Origin: Microcoleus sp.
GTDB taxonomy: Bacteria > Cyanobacteriota > Cyanobacteriia > Cyanobacteriales > Microcoleaceae
DNA: 64,000 nt
NCBI GenBank assembly: GCA_042408215.1
Contig: JAYFMW010000005.1
Coordinates: 644,363-708,362 of the forward strand
Direction: 5' to 3'
Part shown: positions 29,707 to 40,637 of the stretch, one piece after another
Numbering within the stretch: position 1 is the first letter of the stretch
Layout: each line of letters opens with the position of its first letter
Notes under the pieces: model-generated
Databases searched by the model: none
What the model was told of the DNA's origin: nothing
What the model saw: only the letters and a program-made list of their open reading frames with translations
Program-made: the position numbers and the translations under genes

Positions 29707-29726
29707 TTTAAATCTACTCGCAGATC

Positions 29727-32489
29727 GTGATTGATAATTTTCCCAAGGATACGCTAGGCCAAGGCCCTAATAAATATGCAAAAAATCGACAAATCCCCCT
29801 GAGATTAGTGTTAATTCTCCCCTTTGTGTTGCAAATTGTCGGGGCCGTGGGGCTAGTGGGCTATCTGTCTTACCGCAGTGGGCAGCATGCTGTTGAAAAG
29901 CTGGCAGATGAATTGATGACGGAGACAAGTAATCGCATTGAGGAACATCTAAGTAGTTATTTGGGGAAAGCCCAGGAAATCAACCGTGCAAATGTGGAGG
30001 CTTTCGAGTCGGGAATCTTGGACGTGAATAATTTTAAAGCCCTGGGTAAATATTTCTATCGTCAGGTGCGAGCTTTCAATTTTGGTTATGTTAACTTTGG
30101 CAGTAAAGAGGGAGGATATATTGGTGCTGGTTATTCTGGGTTGGGTAATCAGTTGGAAATTGCAGAATTTCCCATATCTGACCACAGCCAAGGCTTCTCC
30201 TACTCAGTAGATGACCAAGGTAATCGACTCAAATTAATCCATATCATAAAAAACCGACAAATAAATAAGACTGCTTGGTATGTAGATGCAGTCAAAGCTG
30301 GTAAGCCGATCTGGAGTTCTATTTACACTTGGATAAATACACGGGATTTTATCAGTATTTCCACCAGTATTCCCGTCTATGACACGCGGAAAAAGTTGAT
30401 CGGTGTATTCGGTATCGATCTGGAACTGAATCAAATTGGCCGATTTCTGAAAACACTGAATCAGAGGAGATTAGGTGAAATTTTCATCATGGATAGATCG
30501 GGATTAATAGTTGCTAGTTCCGAGGATGAATCTCCTGCTTCCATCGTCAATGGCCAAGCTACACGACTGAAAGCGTTGAATAGCCGTGAACCCGTAATCC
30601 GCGACGTAACTCAGGAGTTAATCCGGCGGTTTGGCAGTTTGCAAGCGATCGCCAAACCGCAATTACTCCGCCCCGATCTCCATCAAAAGCCTTTTGTCAG
30701 AGTCATCCCTTACCGCGATCGATATGGCTTGGATTGGCTGGTGGTGATGGCCATCCCAGAATCTGAATTTATGGCAGAAATTCAGGCTAATAGCAATACA
30801 ACAATTTTACTTTGCCTCTTCATTTTAGCGATCGCTACAGGATTAGGAATTATCACCTCAGATTTGATTTCTAAACCGATGCGGCGATTGAGTCAAGCCA
30901 GTAGAGCGATCGCTAGTGGTAAACTCAGTCAGGTTGTGGAGGTAAAAGGAGTTTCAGAATTAGAAACCTTAGCCGACTCCTTTAATCAGATGGCAGAACA
31001 GTTACAAACATCTTTTGAAACCTTAGAAAATCGCGTACAGTCACGAACGTCAGAATTAGCGATTGCTAAAGAAAAAGCCGAAGTTGCCAATCAAGCAAAA
31101 AGTACGTTTATTGCCAACATGAGCCATGAATTGCGATCGCCCCTGAATGCAATTCTCGGCTTTTCTCAACTAACGCTCCGCGCCACCAACTTGCCATCGG
31201 CACAATACGAAAATGCAGGCATCATCTATCGGAGTGGCGATCACCTATTGACGCTGATTAATAATATTCTCGATTTATCCAAAATTGAAGCAGGCAAAAC
31301 TACCCTCAATCCTCAAGATTTTGACCTGTATCGCTTGCTGAATGATTTAGAAGATATGCTGCATCTGCAAGCTACAAATCCAGGCTTAAACTTGCTGTTT
31401 CAGCGAACTGAAAATGTACCCCGCTATATCTGTACTGATGAAGTTAAATTGCGTCAGGTTTTAATTAATTTACTCAGCAATGCCATCAAATTTACCTCAC
31501 AGGGTCAAATTACTCTCAATGTCTTTCAGGGAGAGCAAGAAACAACGGATGTTTTTCATCTTTATTTTCGCCTTCGCGATACTGGGGTAGGGATTGCCGC
31601 CGCAGAATTGCCAAATATTTTTGATGCTTTTTCCCAAGCCCAAGCCGGAAAAGAAATGCAAGAAGGAACCGGATTGGGTTTGGCAATCAGTCGCCAATTC
31701 GTGCAATTGATGGGCGGGGATATTTCCGTAGAAAGCGACTTAGGAAAAGGCACAACTTTCCTATTTAATATTCAGGCGAAATTGGGTCAAGAAACCAACA
31801 GCAAGAGTTCAGAAGAGCATCCAAGAGTCCTGGGGCTTGCTCCCGGTCAACCTACATATAAAATGCTCGCAGTAGATGACAAATCTATGAATCGACAACT
31901 GCTAATGAAGTTGCTCAGTCCTTTAGGATTTGAAATGCAAGAAGCGAGTAACGGACAAGAGGCGATCGCAATTTGGGATGAATGGGAACCGCATTTAATT
32001 TGGATGGACATGAGAATGCCCGTCATGGATGGTTATGAAGCTACCAAACATATTAAATCTACCACCAAAGGTCATGCTACCGCCGTCATTGCTCTCACAG
32101 CCAGCGTTTTAGAAGAAGAAAAGGCGATCGTGCTTTCGGCGGGATGTGATGACTTCCTCCGCAAACCATTTACTGAACACAGCATTTTTGAAACACTGAC
32201 CAAACATCTTGGTGTAAAATATATTTTGGCCGAAACGAGTTCACCAAGATTAGAGCGAGCAGCAGAAAGCCTATTGACATCGCAACAGCTAACCTGTATG
32301 CCTGAAGAATGGATTACTCAATTATATGAAGCCGCACTGGACGCTGATAGTAATCTGGTTGTGCAACTTATAGCAGAAATTCCATACCGCGAGAATCATT
32401 TGATACAATCCCTAACACAACTTGTCCGTAAATTTCAATTTGAACAGTTGCTTGACCTAGCCGAACCCTTCATAAGCAATGAATATTAA
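29727..32489 (+). CDS. Hybrid sensor histidine kinase (dCache-HAMP-HisKA-HATPase-REC)
   Basis: Two TMs, [47 protein letters not shown]. Confidence 0.95.
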   Translation: MIDNFPKDTLGQGPNKYAKNRQIPLRLVLILPFVLQIVGAVGLVGYLSYRSGQHAVEKLADELMTETSNRIEEHLSSYLGKAQEINRANVEAFESGILDVNNFKALGKYFYRQVRAFNFGYVNFGSKEGGYIGAGYSGLGNQLEIAEFPISDHSQGFSYSVDDQGNRLKLIHIIKNRQINKTAWYVDAVKAGKPIWSSIYTWINTRDFISISTSIPVYDTRKKLIGVFGIDLELNQIGRFLKTLNQRRLGEIFIMDRSGLIVASSEDESPASIVNGQATRLKALNSREPVIRDVTQELIRRFGSLQAIAKPQLLRPDLHQKPFVRVIPYRDRYGLDWLVVMAIPESEFMAEIQANSNTTILLCLFILAIATGLGIITSDLISKPMRRLSQASRAIASGKLSQVVEVKGVSELETLADSFNQMAEQLQTSFETLENRVQSRTSELAIAKEKAEVANQAKSTFIANMSHELRSPLNAILGFSQLTLRATNLPSAQYENAGIIYRSGDHLLTLINNILDLSKIEAGKTTLNPQDFDLYRLLNDLEDMLHLQATNPGLNLLFQRTENVPRYICTDEVKLRQVLINLLSNAIKFTSQGQITLNVFQGEQETTDVFHLYFRLRDTGVGIAAAELPNIFDAFSQAQAGKEMQEGTGLGLAISRQFVQLMGGDISVESDLGKGTTFLFNIQAKLGQETNSKSSEEHPRVLGLAPGQPTYKMLAVDDKSMNRQLLMKLLSPLGFEMQEASNGQEAIAIWDEWEPHLIWMDMRMPVMDGYEATKHIKSTTKGHATAVIALTASVLEEEKAIVLSAGCDDFLRKPFTEHSIFETLTKHLGVKYILAETSSPRLERAAESLLTSQQLTCMPEEWITQLYEAALDADSNLVVQLIAEIPYRENHLIQSLTQLVRKFQFEQLLDLAEPFISNEY

Positions 32490-32499
32490 TTCTAAAACA

Positions 32500-32628
32500 G
32501 AACTTCGCTCAGGACTCAGCATGACAGTCTGTAACGAAATTATGTCATCCTGAGCGTGAGCGTTGCGTCTCTGAGATTGCCGAGATGCTTCGTTATCCTT
32601 CGCTTCGCTCAGGAATCAGCATGACAGT
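32500..32628. repeat. REP-like palindromic element (TGTCATCCTGAGCG...CTCAGCATGACA type)
   Basis: Two cttcgctcagga-tcagcatgacag copies flanking an inverted copy. Confidence 0.7.
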
Positions 32629-32671
32629 TGACGGAGAAAGTTCTAGTTTATTGAGATCATTCTAAAATCCT

Positions 32672-33892
32672 ATGGCTGCTGACATTCGACGCTTGATTCC
32701 ATTTTTAGACCCCACCGTATCTGAATGGGCTGCTGAGGCCCGCTGGCTGCGCTGGCTGACCTTCCTGTGGCTGTTTGTGGGGCTGACAGCATTGTTCTCG
32801 GCTTCCTATCCGATCGCCAATTCAGAATTTGGAGATGGTCTTTATTATTTTAAACGACAGCTAATCGCAGTGGCGATCGGGCTGGCGGGTTTTAACTTGA
32901 TGGTATACTCCCCCCTGCGCTACCTGTTCAAAACAGCTCAGTGGGGCGTGATCTTGCTGCTGGGATTGTTGTGGCTGACTTTAGCTCCGGGAGTGGGAAC
33001 CACCATCAACGGGGCGACTCGCTGGATATCTCTGGGCCCAGTTCCGATTATTCAACCTTCGGAGTTGATTAAGCCGTTTTTCGTTCTCCAAAGTGCTCGC
33101 ATTTTTGGCAACTGGCCCCGGCTGACGAATAAAGTTCGGCTGACTTGGCTGGGCATTTTCGGTGCGATGCTGTTGGGAATTTTGTTACAGCCGAATTTGA
33201 GTACCACGGCTTTGTGCGGGATGACTTTGTGGTTGGTGGCTTTGGCGGCTAATTTGCCTTATTTGCAGTTGGGAGCAACGGCGATCGGGGGAATACTGTT
33301 GGCGGTTTCAAGTATTAGTTTTCGGGAATATCAGCGCCGCCGGATTATGTCTTTTCTGAATCCTTGGGCCGATCCTCTGCAAGATGGCTATCAGTTGGTT
33401 CAAAGTCTGCTGGCTGTGGGTTCCGGTGGCATTTGGGGTGTTGGTTTTGGTATGTCGCAGCAAAAGTTATTTTATTTACCGATTCAGTACAGCGATTTTA
33501 TTTTTGCTGTGTTTGCTGAGGAGTTTGGTTTGGTGGGAGGTTTCTCGCTGTTGCTGATGTTGGCGGCTTACGCTACTGTGGCTTTGAGGGTGGCGATGAA
33601 GGCTCGGAATGTTGAGAGTCAGTTGGTGGCGATCGGGGCGATGGTGGTGCTGGTGGGACAGTCGTTGCTGAATATTGGGGTGGCGACGGGGGTTTTGCCG
33701 ACTACGGGTTTGCCGCTGCCGTTTTTTAGTTATGGGGGTTCTTCGATGGTGGCGAGTTTTTTGTTGGCTGGGCTGCTGATTCGGGTGGCTAGGGAGAGTT
33801 CCGAGGCTGAGGTGGTTTCTCTGGAGGGACGCAGGAAACAGCCTGGAAAGCCTAAGTTGCGATCGAACAACAGCAATGCACAAAGTGAGTAA
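32672..33892 (+). CDS. ftsW: SEDS-family peptidoglycan polymerase FtsW
   Basis: INGATRWI, QPSELIKP, LQPNLST, GYQLVQSL.A.GSGG, LPFFSYGGSS. Confidence 0.9.
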   Translation: MAADIRRLIPFLDPTVSEWAAEARWLRWLTFLWLFVGLTALFSASYPIANSEFGDGLYYFKRQLIAVAIGLAGFNLMVYSPLRYLFKTAQWGVILLLGLLWLTLAPGVGTTINGATRWISLGPVPIIQPSELIKPFFVLQSARIFGNWPRLTNKVRLTWLGIFGAMLLGILLQPNLSTTALCGMTLWLVALAANLPYLQLGATAIGGILLAVSSISFREYQRRRIMSFLNPWADPLQDGYQLVQSLLAVGSGGIWGVGFGMSQQKLFYLPIQYSDFIFAVFAEEFGLVGGFSLLLMLAAYATVALRVAMKARNVESQLVAIGAMVVLVGQSLLNIGVATGVLPTTGLPLPFFSYGGSSMVASFLLAGLLIRVARESSEAEVVSLEGRRKQPGKPKLRSNNSNAQSE

Positions 33893-33894
33893 TT

Positions 33895-34205
33895 TGTCAA
33901 CTGTTAACTGTTGACTAATGACTAATGACTGTTGACTGTTGACTGATGACTGATGACTGATGACAGATGACTGATGACTAATGACTAATGACTAATGACC
34001 AATTACGAATTACGAATTCCCAATTACCTATTCCCAATTCCCCATTCCCAATTACCTATTCCCAATTACCTATTCCCAATTACCTATTCCCAATTACCTA
34101 TTCCCAATGACCAATGACCAATGACTAATGACCAATAACTAATGACTAATAACTAATGACCAATGACCAATAACTAATGACCAATGACTAATAACTAATG
34201 ACTGC
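33895..34205. repeat. Compound STRR block (TGACTAA/TGACTGA, TTCCCAA/TTACCTA, TGACCAA)
   Basis: Visible heptamer arrays between convergent ftsW and the Crp gene. Confidence 0.95.
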
Positions 34206-34210
34206 TGTTT

Positions 34211-34867
34211 CTAAAATGCTTGAGTCTTGTAACCAAACAAATCAGATGAGTTGGCAAAAGTGTCTTTGTTGAGAATCAAATGACGGTCTTTGTCTCGACT
34301 AACTAACCCTTGCTGCTGCAATTTTCCCAGCATTCGCGTTACCGTCACGCGAGTAGTGCAAATAGCATTAGCAAGATCTTGATGTGTCAAGCGGATAGTC
34401 AAGCGAGTCCCTTCCACTACAGGCTGACCGAATTCTTGTTTCAACAATAATAGCATTTGGTTCAAGCGGTCTTCTACTCGGCGCTGTCCGGCGATCGCCA
34501 AAATTGCTTCCATTTGCCGCAGTCGCCTGCCCATTTGAGGCAGCAACTCGTGAGCAAATTGAGGAGAAGCTTCTATTTCCACCAGAGAATACCACATTAG
34601 GTAAACATCCGATGTCGCCGTAGCCCGGTAAGTCTGCAAGCTTGTCAACCATAAACCGAAACACATCGAAGGCCCCGCCCAACCTAAAAGTCCTTCTTCC
34701 CCGGTTGGATAAAGCGTACTCAGTTGCACTAAACCTTGACAAACTCGCCAAAGGCCTTGAGACAGCAGAGGAATAGTTTCCCCTTTTGCATAAAAATGCA
34801 AGTTCCGAGTCGCTCCGGTGTTAGGCTGGATTTCTTCTGCTAAAAGTGCTTTGGAAGTTGGCAGCAT
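34211..34867 (-). CDS. Crp/Fnr-family transcriptional regulator
   Basis: RRVEDRL..LL; RLTHQDLANAICTTRVTVTRMLG HTH. Confidence 0.92.
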   Translation of the reverse strand: MLPTSKALLAEEIQPNTGATRNLHFYAKGETIPLLSQGLWRVCQGLVQLSTLYPTGEEGLLGWAGPSMCFGLWLTSLQTYRATATSDVYLMWYSLVEIEASPQFAHELLPQMGRRLRQMEAILAIAGQRRVEDRLNQMLLLLKQEFGQPVVEGTRLTIRLTHQDLANAICTTRVTVTRMLGKLQQQGLVSRDKDRHLILNKDTFANSSDLFGYKTQAF

Positions 34868-34974
34868 ATCTGTTATTTCCAGCTAAAAAACAGTGGTTTG
34901 AGACCTATGGCTCTGACTCTAGCTCACGAAGGTAAAGGCTTGGTAATCGTCAGGTTAGCGGAAAGATAAGCTTT

Positions 34975-35017
34975 GGAATAGGGAATAGGGAATAGGGAAT
35001 AGGGAATAGGGAATAGG
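34975..35017. repeat. STRR (GGGAATA)x6
   Basis: Visible tandem heptamers. Confidence 0.9.
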
Positions 35018-35218
35018 CGGTCAAAACTTCCTTCTTCCTTCTGTTATATCTGCTGCGCCAAAGTTGAGGAACTCCTAAAATGATTGAAGCAGGTATGATC
35101 CACAGGAATTACGCATTATAACAGTGTGGCAAGGGTTTGAGATTCTTCGCGACCCTCAGAATGACATAATTAGGTTATTAGTGCGTAAGTCCTAATAAAG
35201 GCAAAAGTAAGGTTTTTC

Positions 35219-36118
35219 ATGGCAGATCAATTAATTCGCGCTACAGCAGCAGACGGCGGAATTCGCGCTGTAGCGGTCATTACTACCCGCCTGACTGAAG
35301 AAGCAAGACGGCGACATAAGCTCTCCTACGTGGCCACAGCAGCCCTGGGCCGCACGATGTCTGCGGGACTGTTACTAGCCTCTAGCATGAAGCAGCCCGA
35401 ATCGAGAGTCAATATTCGGATCAAAGGAGATGGGCCCCTGGGCGGATTGCTGATAGATGCGGGGCTGGATGGAACGGTTCGGGGTTATGTGGAGAATCCA
35501 GAGGTGGAACTACCGCCCAATGCTAAAGGCAAACTTGATGTCGGTGGAGCCATAGGTGATGGCTATTTGTATGTGGTGCGGGATGTTGGATACGGCTACC
35601 CTTACTCAAGTACGGTAGAATTGGTTTCCGGCGAAATTGGCGAGGATCTGACTCACTACTTGGCAACTTCCGAGCAGACGCCTTCAGCTTTGGTTTTGGG
35701 GGTGTTTGTCGGGGCCGATGGGGTGCAAGCGTCCGGGGGTGTGCTGCTGCAAATTCTGCCGAAGGCTGCGAGGGATGAAGAACTGGTTGAGACCTTAGAA
35801 TCTAGAGTAGCAGAGCTGTCGGGCTTTACGCCTCTGATGCGATCGGGCAAAACTTTGCACGAGATTCTCGAACAGTTACTGGGAGATATGGGGCTGGAAA
35901 TTTTCCCGGAAACTCAGATGGTGCGCTTTCAGTGTGGCTGTTCGTTCGATCGAGTTTTGGTCGCCTTAAAAATGTTGGGCGAGGTGGAACTCCAAGACAT
36001 GATTGAAAAAGATGATGGGGCTGAGGCTACTTGCCATTTCTGCAACGAGGTTTACAAGGCTAGCAGCGATCAACTTGCTGAATTGATTGGCGATTTGCGA
36101 TCGAACTCCGGCTCTTAA
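35219..36118 (+). CDS. hslO: Redox-regulated chaperone Hsp33
   Basis: ATAALGRT, SGEIGEDL.HYL..SEQTPS, CGCS and CHFC zinc motif. Confidence 0.96.
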   Translation: MADQLIRATAADGGIRAVAVITTRLTEEARRRHKLSYVATAALGRTMSAGLLLASSMKQPESRVNIRIKGDGPLGGLLIDAGLDGTVRGYVENPEVELPPNAKGKLDVGGAIGDGYLYVVRDVGYGYPYSSTVELVSGEIGEDLTHYLATSEQTPSALVLGVFVGADGVQASGGVLLQILPKAARDEELVETLESRVAELSGFTPLMRSGKTLHEILEQLLGDMGLEIFPETQMVRFQCGCSFDRVLVALKMLGEVELQDMIEKDDGAEATCHFCNEVYKASSDQLAELIGDLRSNSGS

Positions 36119-36378
36119 GGCAATAATGTGTAATTGGCAATAGGCATCGATCGGGGTTTGACTCTTGATTAATTGCCAATTGCCAATTATCAATTACCCG
36201 ACGATCGCCAAATCTTGACTCTTCGCAGCCGTCTGCCTAGTATAAAGCAGTCGGCAGACTCCAAACTGTACAAGCACAGTTACGGTTTCGCTTAGGTTCT
36301 ATAGAGCAATAGGATAGCAGCGATCGCAGTTTTGAAATATTGAAGACTGGCTGATTGTTGTTTGTGGTGAGCAGGATT

Positions 36379-38442
36379 ATGAGTCAAGATCGAAAAACAC
36401 CAGACCATTGGTCTGCATCAGAATCATTGGAGCCAACAAAAGATGCTTCATCGTTGGTGCCACTTCGGGCCCGGAAAAACCGCGCCCAGAGACTAAAAGA
36501 GCTCCGCAATATGCTGAATTCGGGGAAAATGCCAGCAGAGCCTCTGGCACTACCGCCGAGTTTGTCTGGGGAAAACTCGGAGCCGCCGGAAGCAGACGAT
36601 CCGTTTTGGCGGCGCTGGTTGAAGAAATGGCAGTTTTGGCTGGCGGTGAGTTTGATGCTGTCGGTGGGTATGGGGTTTATGGCAATTGCGTCTTTGCTCA
36701 ACCTGTCGTCTCAGTCGAATTGCTCGAAGATGTTTTGGCCGACGGCTTCGGCTAACGATCGCTTTTTTTGCGCTCTAGAAGCGGCTAACAAACGGACGGC
36801 GGATGATTTGCTATCTGCGATCGAATTAGTGAATGCTTTGCCCCAGGATCACCCGATGCGGCCGAGAATTAACGGTCAAATCGAGGGGTGGACTCAGGAT
36901 ATTCTCAGGCTGGGAAATGTTAGTTTCCAAGAGGGAAAGCTCCAGGAGGCGATCGCGATCGCTCGCAAAGTTCCTGAAAATGTTCCCGCTTACCCGATGG
37001 TAGAAAAGCAGATTGAAAAGTGGCAGTCGAGTTGGAACGATGCAGAGAAAATTTACCGCGCGGCAGAAAACCACTTGCGTAAGGAAGAATGGGCTCTGGC
37101 TTTCCGCCAAGCTACTCTGCTTTTGGATACGGGCAATACTTTCTGGGAATCGACTAAGTACGAGGCACTGACTAAGGCAATTCAGGCGACTAAGGCTGAG
37201 GGCAATAAGTTGGTGAAAGCCCGGAATACAGCGGAGGGTGGAGGGCTAGACAATCTGGTGACGGGGATTAAGCTGGCTCAGGGAATTGACCAAAAGAGTT
37301 ATTTGTATCAAGCTGCAAATAAGCTGATCGGGGAGTTGAGTAAGAAAATTTTGGATATTGCTCAAAAGCGCTTGGAAGCTGGTGATTGGCAGCAGGCCAT
37401 CGCGATCGCTAACCAGATTCCCGACGCTGGAAATTTACAGGAACAAGTTAAAGATTTTAATGAGTTGGCTAATGCTACTGGTCAAGCTTTGAGTGGCAAT
37501 GTTGAGGGTTTATCTAAGGCAGTTGCGATCGCTCAAAATTTGAATTCTGACCGCCCTTTCTATAAAAAAGCTCAAGATTTAGTCACCCGTTGGCAGCAGG
37601 AAATTGCTGATCTGAAAACTTTGGATTTGGCGAGCAGGTTGGCGGCACCGGGAGGGGTCAACGATTTGAGGGCTGCGATCGCCCAATTGCAAACAGTTCC
37701 CGAAGCAAATCCTCGCTCTGCCGAAGCTCGCGCCCAAATTAGTCGCTTGAGCCGTCAAATCGAGCTGCAAGAAGACAGTCCGTTTTTGCAGAAAGCTAAC
37801 GAATTGGCGAATACGGGGGATCCGAATGCTCTGGAGGCCGCCGTGGCTCAAGCCTCTAGGATCGGTCAAGGCAGGGCTCTTTATGGGGAAGCTCAGACCA
37901 AAATTCAAGCTTGGATTGACAGAAGACAGCGACTTCAAGACCAGCCGTTTTTGGACAGAGCTCAGCAGCTAGCGGCTAGTGGCAATTTGACGGAGGCTAT
38001 TGAGATGGCCAGGCGGATTCGACCGGGAAGGGTGCTCTACGATCAGGCTCGATTGAGCATTCGGACTTGGGATGTTCAATCTCAAAGCGAGCAAGGTTTG
38101 CAGAGTGCTCGTCAGGTGGCTGAGGCTGGAACTGCTGAGGCTTTGGAAATGGCGATTTCTCTGGCTCGTCAGGTGCCGGATGGGAGTTCTCTGCGATCGC
38201 AAGCTACTGAGGCGATTGAGGAGTGGAGTCAGCGGATTTTGGCGATTGGTATGGAACAGTCGTCGTCGGATTTGGCTGGGGCGATCGCGATTTTGAAGAA
38301 GATTCCTGCGGGCACTCGGTCTTTTCAGGAGGCGCGATCGCAAATCCAAGCTTGGGAGCAGTCGCTGAATCCTCCGGCTGCTGAACCTGAGCCTCCTGTT
38401 CCCCCGGAAACTGAGCCGTCTAGGCCTCCAAATCGGTTTTAA
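36379..38442 (+). CDS. Conserved cyanobacterial membrane-anchored helical-repeat protein
   Basis: Single TM (FWLAVSLMLSVGMGFMAIASLL), CSKMFWPTASANDRFFCA, repeated AIAIA..IP...Y..AQ..I..W units. Confidence 0.8.
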   Translation: MSQDRKTPDHWSASESLEPTKDASSLVPLRARKNRAQRLKELRNMLNSGKMPAEPLALPPSLSGENSEPPEADDPFWRRWLKKWQFWLAVSLMLSVGMGFMAIASLLNLSSQSNCSKMFWPTASANDRFFCALEAANKRTADDLLSAIELVNALPQDHPMRPRINGQIEGWTQDILRLGNVSFQEGKLQEAIAIARKVPENVPAYPMVEKQIEKWQSSWNDAEKIYRAAENHLRKEEWALAFRQATLLLDTGNTFWESTKYEALTKAIQATKAEGNKLVKARNTAEGGGLDNLVTGIKLAQGIDQKSYLYQAANKLIGELSKKILDIAQKRLEAGDWQQAIAIANQIPDAGNLQEQVKDFNELANATGQALSGNVEGLSKAVAIAQNLNSDRPFYKKAQDLVTRWQQEIADLKTLDLASRLAAPGGVNDLRAAIAQLQTVPEANPRSAEARAQISRLSRQIELQEDSPFLQKANELANTGDPNALEAAVAQASRIGQGRALYGEAQTKIQAWIDRRQRLQDQPFLDRAQQLAASGNLTEAIEMARRIRPGRVLYDQARLSIRTWDVQSQSEQGLQSARQVAEAGTAEALEMAISLARQVPDGSSLRSQATEAIEEWSQRILAIGMEQSSSDLAGAIAILKKIPAGTRSFQEARSQIQAWEQSLNPPAAEPEPPVPPETEPSRPPNRF

Positions 38443-38551
38443 GCTATTGATCTGGTTTACGGTGGCATCGGAATGATTTAACCACAGAGGGCGCAGAGAA
38501 CACAGAGGGAGAGAAGAGAGATGAATAATTCTGATACTAATGGATTTGAGC

Positions 38552-39025
38552 TTAAATATCCGCTGGATTCAGCTCAATCATTGCCCAAGTTGTGTAAGTG
38601 CCGATCGGACTCCAAAGTATATAAGGCAGCAATAACAGACTGGCTGGTTCAGATACTTGCAAGACGCTTAAAGCCAACATTACGCTTAAAATAGCACCTG
38701 TTCCGCCAATAATTGTGCCGACTTTCAGGCTGCGAACTTTGCACATAACCGACGTGTAAGACATAGTTACTATTTCTAACAGCAGGTACAAACCCATTCG
38801 CAGCCAAGTTTCCTGAGTCCCTGGTGCTTTTTCCCAAACAATAATTGCTGACCAAGCTGCACAAATAAAAATTACAGTCCAAATTAGGGGAATTGCTCTT
38901 TCAAATACTAACCATCTTGGACGTTGCAGTCGATTGAACCATTTAAGGTCGCTGGGCGCGATTAAGTTTGAGGCTAATCCTACTACAAAAACAACAATTC
39001 CAATTACCATCCATGATTTAATCAT
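38552..39025 (-). CDS. tspO: TspO/MBR tryptophan-rich sensory protein
   Basis: WFNRLQRPRWL..IPLIWTVIF, LLLPYILW. Confidence 0.88.
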   Translation of the reverse strand: MIKSWMVIGIVVFVVGLASNLIAPSDLKWFNRLQRPRWLVFERAIPLIWTVIFICAAWSAIIVWEKAPGTQETWLRMGLYLLLEIVTMSYTSVMCKVRSLKVGTIIGGTGAILSVMLALSVLQVSEPASLLLLPYILWSPIGTYTTWAMIELNPADI

Positions 39026-39198
39026 TTCTATACCTTTGGTGAGGTTGACCTGTTGGATTAATAAGTATTATCTCTGATTTTGGCGGACAATTAATCCGTC
39101 TCTAGTCATAAATTTATTTTTAATTGATTTTTTGTGAACTCCCCGACTTCTTAAATAAGTCGGGGTGTTGGCTGTTATTGTTTTTTGAGGTTTTTCCC

Positions 39199-39780
39199 TT
39201 AGCCTAGTCGGTGGTGGTGTTCTAATTCTAAACTAGAATCGTCACTTTTTTTGGGAACGAGCAGAGTATTTTCGTTGCTGGGTTGCAGCACAGCTTTAAT
39301 TACTTGGAGAAAACGGTTAGGCTTTTTAGCTTGACCGTTGAGATTGCGGCGGTCTTTCACTTTTTCAGAAAGATGTCGCATCACAGATAAATCCAGTTCA
39401 TCAATGAAATGATCTGCTATACGTTCTCCCATTAAATCAATAGCTTCAGAATACTGATTAGTTAATGTTTCTATGGCATCATAAGCTTCATCAGCAACTT
39501 GACTGGCTACGGTTTGATGCGGAGCGCCTGAATTCTGAGATTGGCTACGGCGGCGGTCTAAAAGACTTTGGTAGTCAGCAATACTCATTCCCAAATTGTA
39601 GATGTGGTGGTGAGCGTGATCCATCAAATCTACTTCGCTTGGATAGAAGAAACCGCGAGTGCTATTGATACCGTGGAGTTTGGCCCAACGCCGCAGAATT
39701 GCTTCGTCTTGCATTTGGTATCGCTCTAACATTTGAGCTGTGTTCAGCTCTACTTCTGGTGTCACTTTAAAATCGCTCAT
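39199..39780 (-). CDS. Hypothetical protein, possible N-terminal MerR-like HTH
   Basis: 193-aa ORF with RBS (GAGG); LRRWAKLHGI...FYPSEVDLMD pattern. Confidence 0.6.
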   Translation of the reverse strand: MSDFKVTPEVELNTAQMLERYQMQDEAILRRWAKLHGINSTRGFFYPSEVDLMDHAHHHIYNLGMSIADYQSLLDRRRSQSQNSGAPHQTVASQVADEAYDAIETLTNQYSEAIDLMGERIADHFIDELDLSVMRHLSEKVKDRRNLNGQAKKPNRFLQVIKAVLQPSNENTLLVPKKSDDSSLELEHHHRLG

Positions 39781-40151
39781 CGGTAATTCCTCGGTTGTGA
39801 GTAAATAAATAAAATTGAAAGTTATGGTCCGTGATTTTTGTGCTGTCGGAAAATGACGATCGCTCCTGTGACGGCGTTAAGGGAAGTTTGCGGTCGTTTG
39901 CTGGTCGTCGATGGAGCTATAGTTGTGCAAACGGCTGTGGCGATCGGGGTAGCGTCATCAAAGAGCATTGTCTCGATCGCGCTCTCAACCAACTGCACAG
40001 GGTTAATTATATAGCTGATGGCAGTGTTTCAACGACGATTTAAAATAGTAACTTTTACTTATTTAACTTGAATTTCTAGTGATTTTAAGCTAGAATAGTG
40101 CAAACAAGTGTGCAATTAATAATTTTAGTAGTTGCGATCGAGATTCTTGCT

Positions 40152-40466
40152 ATGCCTCTATACGATTATTTCTGTTCCAGCAACAACCAGCAGCTAGAAG
40201 TTTCCCACAGTATGAACCTGGAAGTTTTGACTTGGGGCCAACTGTGCGAGTTGGCTAAGTGCGAGCCTGGAGACACGCCCGCAGATGCGACAGTACGTCG
40301 CTTGCTGAGTGCTCCGAGGTTGATGAAGCCGACATCGGACACCGAGTATAAAAATCAGGGCTTCAGTAAGTACGTGAAGCGGGATGAAGGGGTTTATGAA
40401 AATGTCACGGCTAAGGATGGTGAAAGCCGGATTGTGAATCGAGATGGTCAGCCTCTTAAAGACTGA
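40152..40466 (+). CDS. FmdB-like zinc-ribbon regulatory protein
   Basis: MPLYDYFC...VRRLLSAP...GFSKYVKRDEGVYE. Confidence 0.8.
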   Translation: MPLYDYFCSSNNQQLEVSHSMNLEVLTWGQLCELAKCEPGDTPADATVRRLLSAPRLMKPTSDTEYKNQGFSKYVKRDEGVYENVTAKDGESRIVNRDGQPLKD

Positions 40467-40637
40467 AAAGCCAGACTGATTAAGTTTGTAGTGAGGACGA
40501 AGAGTCCTAGGGCGGAGCTTTTCATTTAATCATGACTCTTTGTCCTTACTACACTCTAAATTATTTTAGCATCCGCATTCAAGGATAGCAGAAACCGGGA
40601 ATAATTTGAGATAGCATGACAAAATGGAGAATTTTTT

